A stretch of DNA of 64,000 bases. Origin: an uncultured Verrucomicrobiae bacterium. Lineage in GTDB: Bacteria; Verrucomicrobiota; Verrucomicrobiia; Limisphaerales; Palsa-1400. The notes below the pieces were generated by a model. That model ran no database searches and was not told where the DNA came from. It saw only the letters and a program-made list of their open reading frames with translations. Below, in pieces: positions 40,285-49,044 of the stretch. The stretch's first letter is position 1. Each line of letters opens with the position of its first letter. The stretch covers positions 576,001 through 640,000 of the forward strand of contig CAVXRD010000003.1 of assembly GCA_963764165.1 (NCBI GenBank). The letters are read 5' to 3'. A program made the translations under genes and the position numbers.

Positions 40285-42867
40285 TCACGGCATCGTCAAT
40301 CCGTAAAATCGATTCGGAAAATTTGTCCAGGTTGGGTCCGAAAAATATGCAGAGCCATTTGTGATCGCCACCGTTTGCAGCGGAACCCACTCGGGGCTCG
40401 CCAGATTGGCGCAGGCCTGCACCACGACGGAGAAATTATTCGTGCTCGTTACGTTAAAGCCGAATCGATTGCCTTGGACGCCAAAGATTCCATCGCCGGT
40501 CGCGATCACCGGTTCCCATGGCACTGCGGCGGCCCCGCTGTTGGCGGCGAACGAATCCCAGCCCGAAGTCCACGGCAAGTAGCAAACCGTAGTGCCGTTG
40601 GGTAGAAAATAGCTTGCGGGATTGCCCGGCGCGTTGCCCGCGAAGTAGACGGTGGATAGCCCGTAACAGGCCTCGAATGCGCCCGTTCCTATGCTGGTCA
40701 CACTGGCCGGGATGTGGAGGCTGCGCAAATTGGTGCAGTAGTTGAAGTCGTAGGCGCCCAGCGAGGTCACGCCCTCCTGAATCACGACATTGGTCAACCA
40801 GAAACAGCCGACGAAGGCGTCTGGGCCAACATTGGTCACGCTGCCCGGAATCGAAACGCTCTTCAGCCCGCTCCCGGAAAACGCGTCCTTGGCGATATTG
40901 AGCAGGGTCTTCGGCAGCACGATGTTGGTGAGGGTGGTCAGATTCAGGCACGCGTTGGTTCCAATATTTGTCACCGTGCAAAGCACCGTCACATTTGCCA
41001 CCACCACCGGCTCGCCGCCCCCCAACGAAGCTATGTTATTGACAATCCTTCCCGTGATGTAGGCTGGCACAATGATTGACGTGTTGGTGGTGGAATATCC
41101 ATATCCGGTAATCGTGATGCCGCCCGTGCTGTTGGTGATGAAGTAGAACGGGGAGGCTGTCGTCGCTGCCACGGTCGGCAGTCCCGCGAATTCGGCGGTC
41201 CACCTGGCCGTGCCGCCAGGATAATAGATCGTGGCCTGGGTGTCCCCCTCGAAGGCGTTGGACGCGATCGCTGCCGACACTGGCGCGTTGGTCGAAAAGT
41301 AGATTTGAGAAAGTTCCAGGCAACCCGCGAACGCGCTATCGGCAATCGTGCTGACTGTATTGGGAACCGCCGCCCAAATCAGGTTGGCGCAATCCATGAA
41401 CGCGCTGTCATCAACGTTGGTGACGCCGTAGGAAATCACCAGGTTGGTCAAAGTGCTGCAACCCGCGAAAGCCTGCGGCCCCACATCCGAAATGGGCTGG
41501 CCGAACAGATAGGAGGGAATTTGAACGTAACCATTTGTTCCAATGTAATTGGTGATGGTCAGGCTGTTGAAGTTGCCTGTCGGGGGCGCCACGCCGGATC
41601 GAACGGACGGAGCCGTCTGGAATGGCAGCAGCTCGCTGTAAACTTCATTCCACATGAGCGGCGTCCAGCCCGTTGTTCCCGGCAAATAATACGCGATGGC
41701 TGACTGTTGCAGCGCCGGCGTGCCCGTCGGCGCATCGCCCAAAAAATACACCGCCGAAATGGGGCTTCCAACAAAACAGAACGTCCCAAGATTGGTCACC
41801 GAGGCGGGCACCGTCACCGTTTCAAGGGTCTGGAACTCCTCAAATTCATGGTATCCGATGGAGGTCGTTCCGTTGGTGACGATGGCGTTGGTTAGATTGG
41901 TGCAGCCGCCAAAGACGGCGTAGAGGTCAACCAGCCCGCCACCCACGGTGATGGAAGAAAGCGCCGTGCAATTGGCGAACGCGTAAGCCGCGACATTGGT
42001 CAGCCCGGGCGGAAGCGCAATGCTCTTGAGCCGCGTGCAATTTGCGTACGCGTAGGCCGCGATGCTGACGAACGGGCATCCCCATGCGACCTGCGTGAGG
42101 CCGCTGCAATTCTCGAACGCCGCGGTCGGCACGTTGGTGATGCCGATGGGAAGATACGCATTGATCATCGAAGTGCATCCGTAAAACGCCGAGGAGCCCA
42201 GGCTGGTCACCGTCGTCGGAATAATCACCTGAATCAGTGTCCCTTTGCTGGAGAAAGCCGATGCCCCAATGGCGGTGACGGGATATCCATAGGCGATTGC
42301 CGGAAGCGTCAGGAACTGCGTCGTCCCCGTGTAACCGCTGATAGTCAGGGTGGAGCCGTTTGTTTGAAATTTGAAATAGGAAACCGGCGACATCGCGTAA
42401 GCGCCGCGCCCGCCTAGGAGCGTTCCCCATCCGGCGGCCCCGCTTTCATAATATACCGACGTGTGGCTGCTGCCTGAAAAAGCCGTCGCCGAGGCCTGCG
42501 GAGCCGAACCGCCAAAGTAGACCGCCTCGAGATTTGTGCAGTCGGCGAAAGCGCCGCCGTCGACCAAGGCGAGGTTTCCCAGCACAACCACGTCAATGGC
42601 GTTGGTCATTCCCTCGAACGCATTCGTGCCAATTTCCGTCACCGCCAGCCCGTCGATCGTCGCAGGAATCACGACGGAGCTGGCGTACCCATTGTAACCG
42701 GTGATCGTGATGCTTCCGCTCTGATTCGTTGCAAATGTGAACTGGGCTCGCGCCGTCATCCCGGCAACGGCGAGAAGCAAGCCCGCAAGCGCGCAAATGA
42801 AGAAGCTCTTCTGCGCGCGAAAAATGCACCGGCGGGCGCGTGGAATGGCGAGCGGAGGCATTTTCAT
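40285..42867 (-). CDS. Secreted BspA-type (LRR_5) leucine-rich-repeat surface protein
   Basis: Signal peptide; repeated VT.IG..AF..C..L motifs; modules ITGY.G...YF.G.AP...YY.PG..GW; C-terminal RFYG. Confidence 0.9.
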   Translation of the reverse strand: MKMPPLAIPRARRCIFRAQKSFFICALAGLLLAVAGMTARAQFTFATNQSGSITITGYNGYASSVVIPATIDGLAVTEIGTNAFEGMTNAIDVVVLGNLALVDGGAFADCTNLEAVYFGGSAPQASATAFSGSSHTSVYYESGAAGWGTLLGGRGAYAMSPVSYFKFQTNGSTLTISGYTGTTQFLTLPAIAYGYPVTAIGASAFSSKGTLIQVIIPTTVTSLGSSAFYGCTSMINAYLPIGITNVPTAAFENCSGLTQVAWGCPFVSIAAYAYANCTRLKSIALPPGLTNVAAYAFANCTALSSITVGGGLVDLYAVFGGCTNLTNAIVTNGTTSIGYHEFEEFQTLETVTVPASVTNLGTFCFVGSPISAVYFLGDAPTGTPALQQSAIAYYLPGTTGWTPLMWNEVYSELLPFQTAPSVRSGVAPPTGNFNSLTITNYIGTNGYVQIPSYLFGQPISDVGPQAFAGCSTLTNLVISYGVTNVDDSAFMDCANLIWAAVPNTVSTIADSAFAGCLELSQIYFSTNAPVSAAIASNAFEGDTQATIYYPGGTARWTAEFAGLPTVAATTASPFYFITNSTGGITITGYGYSTTNTSIIVPAYITGRIVNNIASLGGGEPVVVANVTVLCTVTNIGTNACLNLTTLTNIVLPKTLLNIAKDAFSGSGLKSVSIPGSVTNVGPDAFVGCFWLTNVVIQEGVTSLGAYDFNYCTNLRSLHIPASVTSIGTGAFEACYGLSTVYFAGNAPGNPASYFLPNGTTVCYLPWTSGWDSFAANSGAAAVPWEPVIATGDGIFGVQGNRFGFNVTSTNNFSVVVQACANLASPEWVPLQTVAITNGSAYFSDPTWTNFPNRFYGLTMP

Positions 42868-43118
42868 TTTTTTGGAAGTTAGATTCTACAACGTGAAATC
42901 GTAATCGCCAGATTGTGCCAAAGCCAGACGCCGCGTGGCAAGCAAACACTAGAGAAATGCAAGCATATAAAACTCATAAATCAGGCGCCTGATCGGGATC
43001 AGATGGCTATCCGTTAGCGGAGCGCGCGTCACAGCGCGAAAAAAGACTTGCGCAGCTTTCCGAGGATTTGGAATGATCAGCCCTTTTTGCGCCTTTGAGC
43101 CCTTGCGCTGTTGCGTTA

Positions 43119-43941
43119 GGGCCTGTTAACACTAGTTGACATTTTATAGGCGACAAGGCAAAATGGCTGGGTGGAGCTTACAGAGAGTCAATATCAGCGG
43201 GTTGCTGATTGTCTGCCGCGGCAGCGCGGCAACGTGAGCATGACCAATCTGCAACTTCTCAACGCCCTGCTCTATGTGGTGGAGCATGGGTGCAAATGGC
43301 GCGGCCTGCCAAAACATTTTGGCAACTGGCATACGATCTACACCCGCATGAACCGCTGGAGCAAAGCGGGCGTGCTGGATCGAGTCTTCGCCCGGCTCCA
43401 GCAGGAGCAAATCCTGGCGATCCGGATCGAGCAAGTCTGCTTGGACAGCACGACGATCAAGGTTCACCCCGACGGCACCGGGGCGCTAAAAAAAACGGCC
43501 CACAGGCCATCGGGCGCTCCCGAGGCGGTTGCACCACCAAAATTCATCTGGTTGCCGCGAATGCCCAGTGCGCCTTAATGCTCAAGCTTTCCCCCGGCCA
43601 GGCGGGGGACGCGCCGCAAGGACGCGAGCTTTTGCAGGCGGGCGGGCCGGTTCCGGCAGGGCTTCCACTCATCATGGACAGCGCCTATGAAGGGGACGAG
43701 ACTCTGCAACAGGCGCGGGAATTGGGCTACGCTCCAGTGGTTCCTCCTAACCCCCGACGCTTAAATCCGTGGGAGTATGACCAAACCCTTTACCGACGCC
43801 GCAATGAGATTGAACGGCTTTTTCGCCGACTCAAAAGCTACCGCCGAGTCTTCAGTCGCTTCGACAAATTGGATGCGTTGTACTCCGGATTCGTCGTCCT
43901 CGCGCTCATCGTGGAGGCGTTACGTTAGTGTTAACAGGCCC
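43119..43941 (+). mobile_element. IS5-family insertion sequence (IS427-group-like), 823 bp
   Basis: Perfect 16-bp TIRs GGGCCTGTTAACACTA (43119-43134) / TAGTGTTAACAGGCCC (43926-43941), TA on both flanks, two overlapping transposase ORFs. Confidence 0.93.
43171..43928 (+). CDS. IS5-family DDE transposase, expressed by a probable -1 frameshift
   Basis: ORF A (GCKWRGLP..FGNWHT; DSTTIKVH) and ORF B in the -1 frame (GRSRGGCTTKIH, DSAY, YRRRNEIERLF) joined at an A8 run (43488-43495). Confidence 0.9.
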
Positions 43942-44007
43942 TAGAGCAGTTAAAAGAATTCTCAATTGCAGATGTGCCCGGCGCGCGCGAAAAAAGTCGA
44001 AATCCCA

Positions 44008-44036
44008 TTGACGCGCCCGTTTGGCATTTGTAAATT
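44008..44036 (+). promoter_or_regulatory. Promoter of tRNA-Asn
   Basis: TTGACG-17-TAAATT just upstream of the tRNA. Confidence 0.6.
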
Positions 44037-44053
44037 GTCCGTCCCATGAGGGA

Positions 44054-44128
44054 TCCAAAGTAGCTCAATGGTAGAGCACGCGGCTGTTAACCGTGTGGTT
44101 GTAGGTTCGAGTCCTACCTTTGGAGCCA
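44054..44128 (+). tRNA. tRNA-Asn (GTT)
   Basis: Acceptor stem TCCAAAG/CTTTGGA plus G-CCA, D arm GCTC/GAGC, anticodon loop CT-GTT-AA, T arm GTAGG-TTCGAGT-CCTAC. Confidence 0.97.
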
Positions 44129-44130
44129 TT
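44106..44130 (+). repeat. attL core (tRNA-Asn 3' end)
   Basis: TTCGAGTCCTACCTTTGGAGCCATT, identical to 54211-54235. Confidence 0.93.
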
Positions 44131-44289
44131 TCGTTTGGCCCTCAAATTCAAGGACTTAGAGAGTTTTGAGGGTGCCAAAAGGCCAATTGCCAGCAAATTT
44201 GCCAGCAGAATTGACAATTTGCCACAATTCGCCATTAGGCAAGTATCTCCCTCTCAGTGCTCTCTAACGGAAAATCCTAAAAAATTCGT

Positions 44290-45360
44290 ATGCTCAAGAT
44301 CATGGAAAATATCGTGAAACAAGCATATCGAATGTATCTGAGAAATGGCACTTATTATGTGCAAGACAATCAAACGGGACAGCAGAAGAGCCTTGGGACA
44401 ACCGACAAGAATCAGGCGAAACGCCTTTTGCACGCCTACAACGAAACCCGTCAATCCCCTGCCCAAAATCTCGAAATGGCGAAGGTTTATTTGTGGGGAG
44501 CCGACCCGAAACTTAAAACCCGCACTTGGCAAGAGGTTATGGACGAATTCAGCACGCACGGCAAGGAATCCAGCCAAAGCCGTTGTAAACGAGCAATGGC
44601 CTCCAAACCCTTCAACGTTATACGAAACAAACCCCTCAATGGAACAACCATTGATGATTTCAAAGCCGTTTTACAACGTGGTGGAAACGCCACGAATAAT
44701 TATCTGCGCCGTCTGCACAATCTTGCCATGAGACACCGATGGCTCGTAAGGGATATTATTCCTCCAATGGAATGGGAGAAACCCGCCAAAAGACCAAAAC
44801 GCGGAATCACCTTGGAGGAACACTCTCGAATTATCACGGCAGAGGCGAACGAGGAACGACGAAAGTATTACCAATTACTTTGGCTCGTTGGATCGGCACA
44901 AACCGACGCCTCGCAATTAACCTCAGAAAATGTGAATTGGGACACACGCGTCCTCTCTTACAGACGTATGAAAACGGGCCAATGGTCGTCGTTGCAAATC
45001 GGGACTTCGTTGGAAACTCTCTTGAAAACATTGCCTGAGCAAGGATTCTTGTTTCCGAAAATCGCCACACTCACAGACAACGACCGTTCGGCGGAATTTT
45101 CCCGTCGATGCCGTTTGTTGGGAATTGTCGGCGTCAGCTTGCACAGTTACCGATACGCTTGGGCGGAAAGAGCCTACCAGCAGGGCTATCAGGAGCGATT
45201 TGCACAAGCCGCGCTTGGCCACAAAAGCAGCGCAATTCACCACGCGTATGCGAGAAATGCGATTGTTGTATGTCCAGCATTGGAAACAATCGGGACAAAC
45301 ATCGTCACCCTCAGCCAGCAAACGACCGCCCAAACAGAACTTGAAAGAAAAATCGGGTAG
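44290..45360 (+). CDS. Tyrosine recombinase/integrase
   Basis: N-terminal arm-binding-like QKSLGTTD, RMKTG, HSYR (HxxR), LGH...HAY; adjacent to attL; start uncertain. Confidence 0.88.
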   Translation: MLKIMENIVKQAYRMYLRNGTYYVQDNQTGQQKSLGTTDKNQAKRLLHAYNETRQSPAQNLEMAKVYLWGADPKLKTRTWQEVMDEFSTHGKESSQSRCKRAMASKPFNVIRNKPLNGTTIDDFKAVLQRGGNATNNYLRRLHNLAMRHRWLVRDIIPPMEWEKPAKRPKRGITLEEHSRIITAEANEERRKYYQLLWLVGSAQTDASQLTSENVNWDTRVLSYRRMKTGQWSSLQIGTSLETLLKTLPEQGFLFPKIATLTDNDRSAEFSRRCRLLGIVGVSLHSYRYAWAERAYQQGYQERFAQAALGHKSSAIHHAYARNAIVVCPALETIGTNIVTLSQQTTAQTELERKIG

Positions 45361-45379
45361 GCACTGAAATCAAACATTG

Positions 45380-45410
45380 AAGCCGTCGTTCGAGAGACAA
45401 CGGCTTTTTT
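45380..45410 (+). terminator. Rho-independent terminator after the integrase
   Basis: AAGCCGT-CGTTCGAGAGACA-ACGGCTT followed by a T run, between convergent genes. Confidence 0.65.
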
Positions 45411-45798
45411 ATTCCACAAACGCACTTTCTGAACGTGCCGTTTCCGAGGCTTTCTCCATGTTTGGAAAAGTTCGGTCGGCTCGCGCCCGAAAATCTTTTT
45501 GCGGACTTGCGCTGTTCTTCATTTTCCAACGGTCGTAAACCGCCTGTGTTGCCTTCCAAAGCCACTTGGAGTTCTCAGCCAGTGCTCTGATTTCACAAGC
45601 CGCAAAGTATTTCGTGGCATTTTGGACGGGATTACCGAGCGGACTTAAAAGGTTTGAGCCAACTAAGACGTGGATGTCATGTTCCTGAAAACCCAAAACA
45701 TTCGCAGTCACCTTCGAGTTAATGCGCCCTGAGAGTCGTTGGACATTTAAAGTCTCATCCGCAGAGGATAAGCACGATTGATATTTGTATTTCTTCAT
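45409..45798 (-). CDS. Small basic protein, putative excisionase / wHTH DNA-binding protein
   Basis: Convergent with the integrase; TANVLGFQEHDIHVLV...LLSPLG...TKYFA resembles an Xis/MerR-like HTH; own promoter TTGACA-17-GAGAAT (45833-45805). Confidence 0.5.
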   Translation of the reverse strand: MKKYKYQSCLSSADETLNVQRLSGRINSKVTANVLGFQEHDIHVLVGSNLLSPLGNPVQNATKYFAACEIRALAENSKWLWKATQAVYDRWKMKNSASPQKDFRARADRTFPNMEKASETARSESAFVE

Positions 45799-46269
45799 CC
45801 ACTAATTCTCAGAATTTTTTAACAATCTGTCAACACTATCTAATTTCTGAATCAAAAAATCTGATTTTCCGCTTTGGTCTTACCCTGGCATACTTTGGAC
45901 TCTGGCACTTTCACTAGACGCCCTACGCCACTTCTCGTTCTTATGCCTCACCCCAGCATCACTAATGCCAAAGGCTCATGTGCCGACTTTATGAAAACAT
46001 TAGCTTTTTGAATAATGGCCGAATCGGGTTAGGTGCCTTATTTATATTTCCGACAACAAAAGGGCGATTCAAAAACCGCGAATTATCCAAAGTTCCGTAG
46101 CCCTTGCAATGCAGAATTATTCAAAAAAAGTGTAATACTAAGGACAATATGAATGACTCAATCCCTATGGCAAAAGAATCGAACGCGGACCTCGGAAGGG
46201 ATTTAGATGCGGCAAATTTCACTGATGACAGAATTCAAATGTCCACGACCAATCTCGACGCTGGCCCCG

Positions 46270-46590
46270 TCAACCCGATTGACTTACTTGAAACTCTGAT
46301 ATGCACTGCAAGGTGCGAGTATCCAAATCGGCGTCTATGGCTTTCTCTTGCCTGCGGCCCCTCGGATGTCTCTGATAAAAGACCTCTTCGCCATTCTCAA
46401 GGTCGCAAATAAAAATGTGCCCATCCGCCGCAATCCACTGATACAGGCGGATCAAGTCGGTTTTGTTATACTCTCGCCCTACAATTGCAAACGTGCGTTC
46501 GGACAGTTTTCTTACAGTCCACTCATTTAGGCAATCTTGAATAGCTGCGGGGCTGGTTATGTTCTTGAAGTCTAAAATGTATGATGGCAT
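46270..46590 (-). CDS. Hypothetical protein, possibly small ferredoxin-like fold
   Basis: 106-aa ORF with AAGGGA upstream; co-directional with upstream island genes; fold guessed from hydrophobicity pattern only. Confidence 0.5.
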   Translation of the reverse strand: MPSYILDFKNITSPAAIQDCLNEWTVRKLSERTFAIVGREYNKTDLIRLYQWIAADGHIFICDLENGEEVFYQRHPRGRRQEKAIDADLDTRTLQCISEFQVSQSG

Positions 46591-46616
46591 AATTCCCTTT
46601 TGATCTTGATGGTTAG

Positions 46617-47465
46617 TTAATTAAAATTCTTTTGAACTTCGCTTTGCGGTAAAGTCTTCGACAGCACAACGACTTTATGGGTGCTGATTCTCACGAGTAT
46701 GTCATCTTTCGTGTATTCCCAGTATGAGTTGTTCTCACCTGTATGGTATTTCATAGTCGGTATGCCATAGGCATTAACAAACATTTGAACAAACTGATCC
46801 GCAGTAAGGTTGCCCGTACTGAATAAATTATCAACAGCCAAATTGAAGAAAATTATGTTCGTAACGTTTCCAGATTGATCGTATAAAACATGTACGTTAT
46901 CGCTGACTAGGTCGTGTGCAAGGGTCTCTTTTCGGACTTGCTTAGAATCAGCAAGGTGGGGACTCCAAATTACAAAGTACTGAACTGTATCTGCTGGATG
47001 ATTTTCAATTTGCCAATCACCGCAGAATTTATTTTTAACAGCGGTCTCTAAAGATGAAACTGGCATTCCGATATACAATCCTTTGACAACAAGCCAACTT
47101 GGGACTGGAATTGGCATTTGTTGTCGCTGGGGAAGCGGATGTTCAGCCCGCCAATCTGTCGTCTCTGGTTTCCAAGGGGCAGGTTCATGCAATCTACCCT
47201 TGATAGTAGAGTAAGTCCACCAACATACGCCCGCAATAAACAGGATGAAGACAAGCCACCCCACTACTTCCCCTGAGCGTGATTCATTTTTAGAAGTTTT
47301 CGCGGTATTCCACTCGTTTGGAAACGATGCTCTCGTTTGACGCTCGCCTGTCGGAACGAGAAACGACTGATTGCACGTCGGGCAAGTGATTTGCATTCCC
47401 CGATAACCTTCATCGCATTCGAGAGCTTGTCCGCAATGAAGGCAGAAGATTTTGATTTCGGGCAT
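46617..47465 (-). CDS. Hypothetical single-TM protein with N-terminal zinc ribbon
   Basis: CLHC...CPTC, TM helix VVGWLVFILFIAGVCWW, soluble C-terminal domain. Confidence 0.75.
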   Translation of the reverse strand: MPEIKIFCLHCGQALECDEGYRGMQITCPTCNQSFLVPTGERQTRASFPNEWNTAKTSKNESRSGEVVGWLVFILFIAGVCWWTYSTIKGRLHEPAPWKPETTDWRAEHPLPQRQQMPIPVPSWLVVKGLYIGMPVSSLETAVKNKFCGDWQIENHPADTVQYFVIWSPHLADSKQVRKETLAHDLVSDNVHVLYDQSGNVTNIIFFNLAVDNLFSTGNLTADQFVQMFVNAYGIPTMKYHTGENNSYWEYTKDDILVRISTHKVVVLSKTLPQSEVQKNFN

Positions 47466-47552
47466 AGCGTTTATCTTTCCGAGAAGAAAAGACTATTCAA
47501 AAACCACGGATTTACTCAAAAAAGACATACCTTCTTCTATCTTCCGATACGC

Positions 47553-48605
47553 TTATGGCGAAAGTGTAGAGAGAACCTTCTTAGCATCATTATTTCCATT
47601 TTTGGCCGCTTTGTCCAACCACTCCCTTGCAAACGCCTTATTTTGAGTTACCCCGTCTCCATTCAAAAAGCGCATTCCAAGTTTATACTGGTATGAATCA
47701 ACATCTTGCAACGCAAGATTCACTTCCGACATAAGGAGTTTGTCGCCAAGATCAATCCTATAGCTCAAGGCCGCAAGTGTTTTCTTTGCGTCGAAATCAT
47801 CTTGCGCCGCAGCTTTCTCAAGCCATTCTTTCGCTTTTACATCATTTTTGGTTACACCGTCCCCTTTCAGGTAACGAAGTCCAAGTTTGTATTGGGATGA
47901 GGCAAATCCATTTGTTGCCTTGGCAATATCCGCGAGCAATGTTTTAGTCTCTCTTTCGGCTTTCTCGTTCTCTTGGAGAATAAGGCTTTCCTTTGCGGCA
48001 AGGGCTTTGCGGGACTCTGCCTCTTCGATCTCCTTTAAGCGTTTAGATTTAGCGGAACTATAATTCAGTTGTTCAACGTCGCTCAAATGTGGAGGCGCAG
48101 TTGGCGCACAATAATCAAGGATCAATGAATCTTGCCCGTTTGGTGCTTCGTAACCGACGATTGTGTAGTGATGTTTCAGAGGTTGCCCTAAAAACCCTTC
48201 AACTCCCCCAAATGTGTTTAAATTGCCCTCATAGACTCCTTTTCCCCTATAACGAACCATGACATCAATGTTCTGGCCGATGGCTGGAGGTCGGTGAAGA
48301 TTCCTTATTAGAACGACATAGCTGTCGTTCGGATGCAAATACTGATTTTCCGACGAATCCGACATATCATCGTCTGGCACAAACACGGCGGTCTGAGGAG
48401 ATGAAAAGTAACCTTCACACCATATTCCTTTGCTGCTAACTTTGATTACCTTTCCCGTAAACCGTCCCCAGTTCTGATCGGCCCAGATATTTTCCACAGT
48501 TCCGTTGTGAATTCGCCAATCGGGTTCTTCAGCAAGTTGCGCTTCTGATGTAGCAACCAGAGAGGAAAGCCCCGCCATTAAAACTGTCAATTGCATTTTT
48601 TTCAT
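47553..48605 (-). CDS. Exported Sel1-repeat protein
   Basis: Signal peptide MKKMQLTVLMAG...SEA; two Sel1 repeats (QYKLGLRYLKGDGV...WLEKAA; QYKLGMRFLNGDGV...WLDKAA). Confidence 0.8.
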   Translation of the reverse strand: MKKMQLTVLMAGLSSLVATSEAQLAEEPDWRIHNGTVENIWADQNWGRFTGKVIKVSSKGIWCEGYFSSPQTAVFVPDDDMSDSSENQYLHPNDSYVVLIRNLHRPPAIGQNIDVMVRYRGKGVYEGNLNTFGGVEGFLGQPLKHHYTIVGYEAPNGQDSLILDYCAPTAPPHLSDVEQLNYSSAKSKRLKEIEEAESRKALAAKESLILQENEKAERETKTLLADIAKATNGFASSQYKLGLRYLKGDGVTKNDVKAKEWLEKAAAQDDFDAKKTLAALSYRIDLGDKLLMSEVNLALQDVDSYQYKLGMRFLNGDGVTQNKAFAREWLDKAAKNGNNDAKKVLSTLSP

Positions 48606-48756
48606 AATTTTCCCTTCAAACTCGTCTTCGTTTTGAGGTTTCCTGCCTGAACGGTCATCTGATATGGATATTGCTCCTTCAGAGCAAAAGCGCAAGCGTA
48701 TAAATTGGAACAACTGTTCCTGTAAACCATGAGTTCCAAATTGGCAGATTTGACGA

Positions 48757-48999
48757 ATGCGATCAAAGGATTTTGCCAGAGCATTCGGGGTTGCCGTACG
48801 GAACCACCGAAAAGCCAAAGGCTTGACCCAAGAATCCTTGGCAGAGAAGGCCGACCTTGCCCCAAAAATGATCTCTTTGATTGAACGATTCCAACGGAAT
48901 CCGACTTTAAATGTCGCCCATTCGATTGCAGCAGGATTGTCTGTCCCATTGTGGAGGCTGGTCAAGGATGCCGACGATTTGAGACGCAAAGGGCGATAG
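48757..48999 (+). CDS. XRE-family HTH regulator
   Basis: RKAKGLTQESLAEKADL...ISLIER...NPTL. Confidence 0.9.
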   Translation: MRSKDFARAFGVAVRNHRKAKGLTQESLAEKADLAPKMISLIERFQRNPTLNVAHSIAAGLSVPLWRLVKDADDLRRKGR

Positions 49000-49044
49000 G
49001 GGTTTTCCATTATTCAACTGGCAAGTTTCGCCTGTTTATCTGAG

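Noticed and set aside
45880..46000. Cluster of TGGCA/TGCC motifs as a second candidate origin
   Set aside because: Motifs are short and irregularly spaced; not distinguishable from chance by eye.
46270..46590. Cas2/VapD-like nuclease call
   Set aside because: Only a loose pattern resemblance; the characteristic YD motif is absent.
48606..49010. N-terminal extension of the Sel1 protein in the ORF track
   Set aside because: Overlaps the XRE gene on the opposite strand; a good signal peptide begins at 48605.
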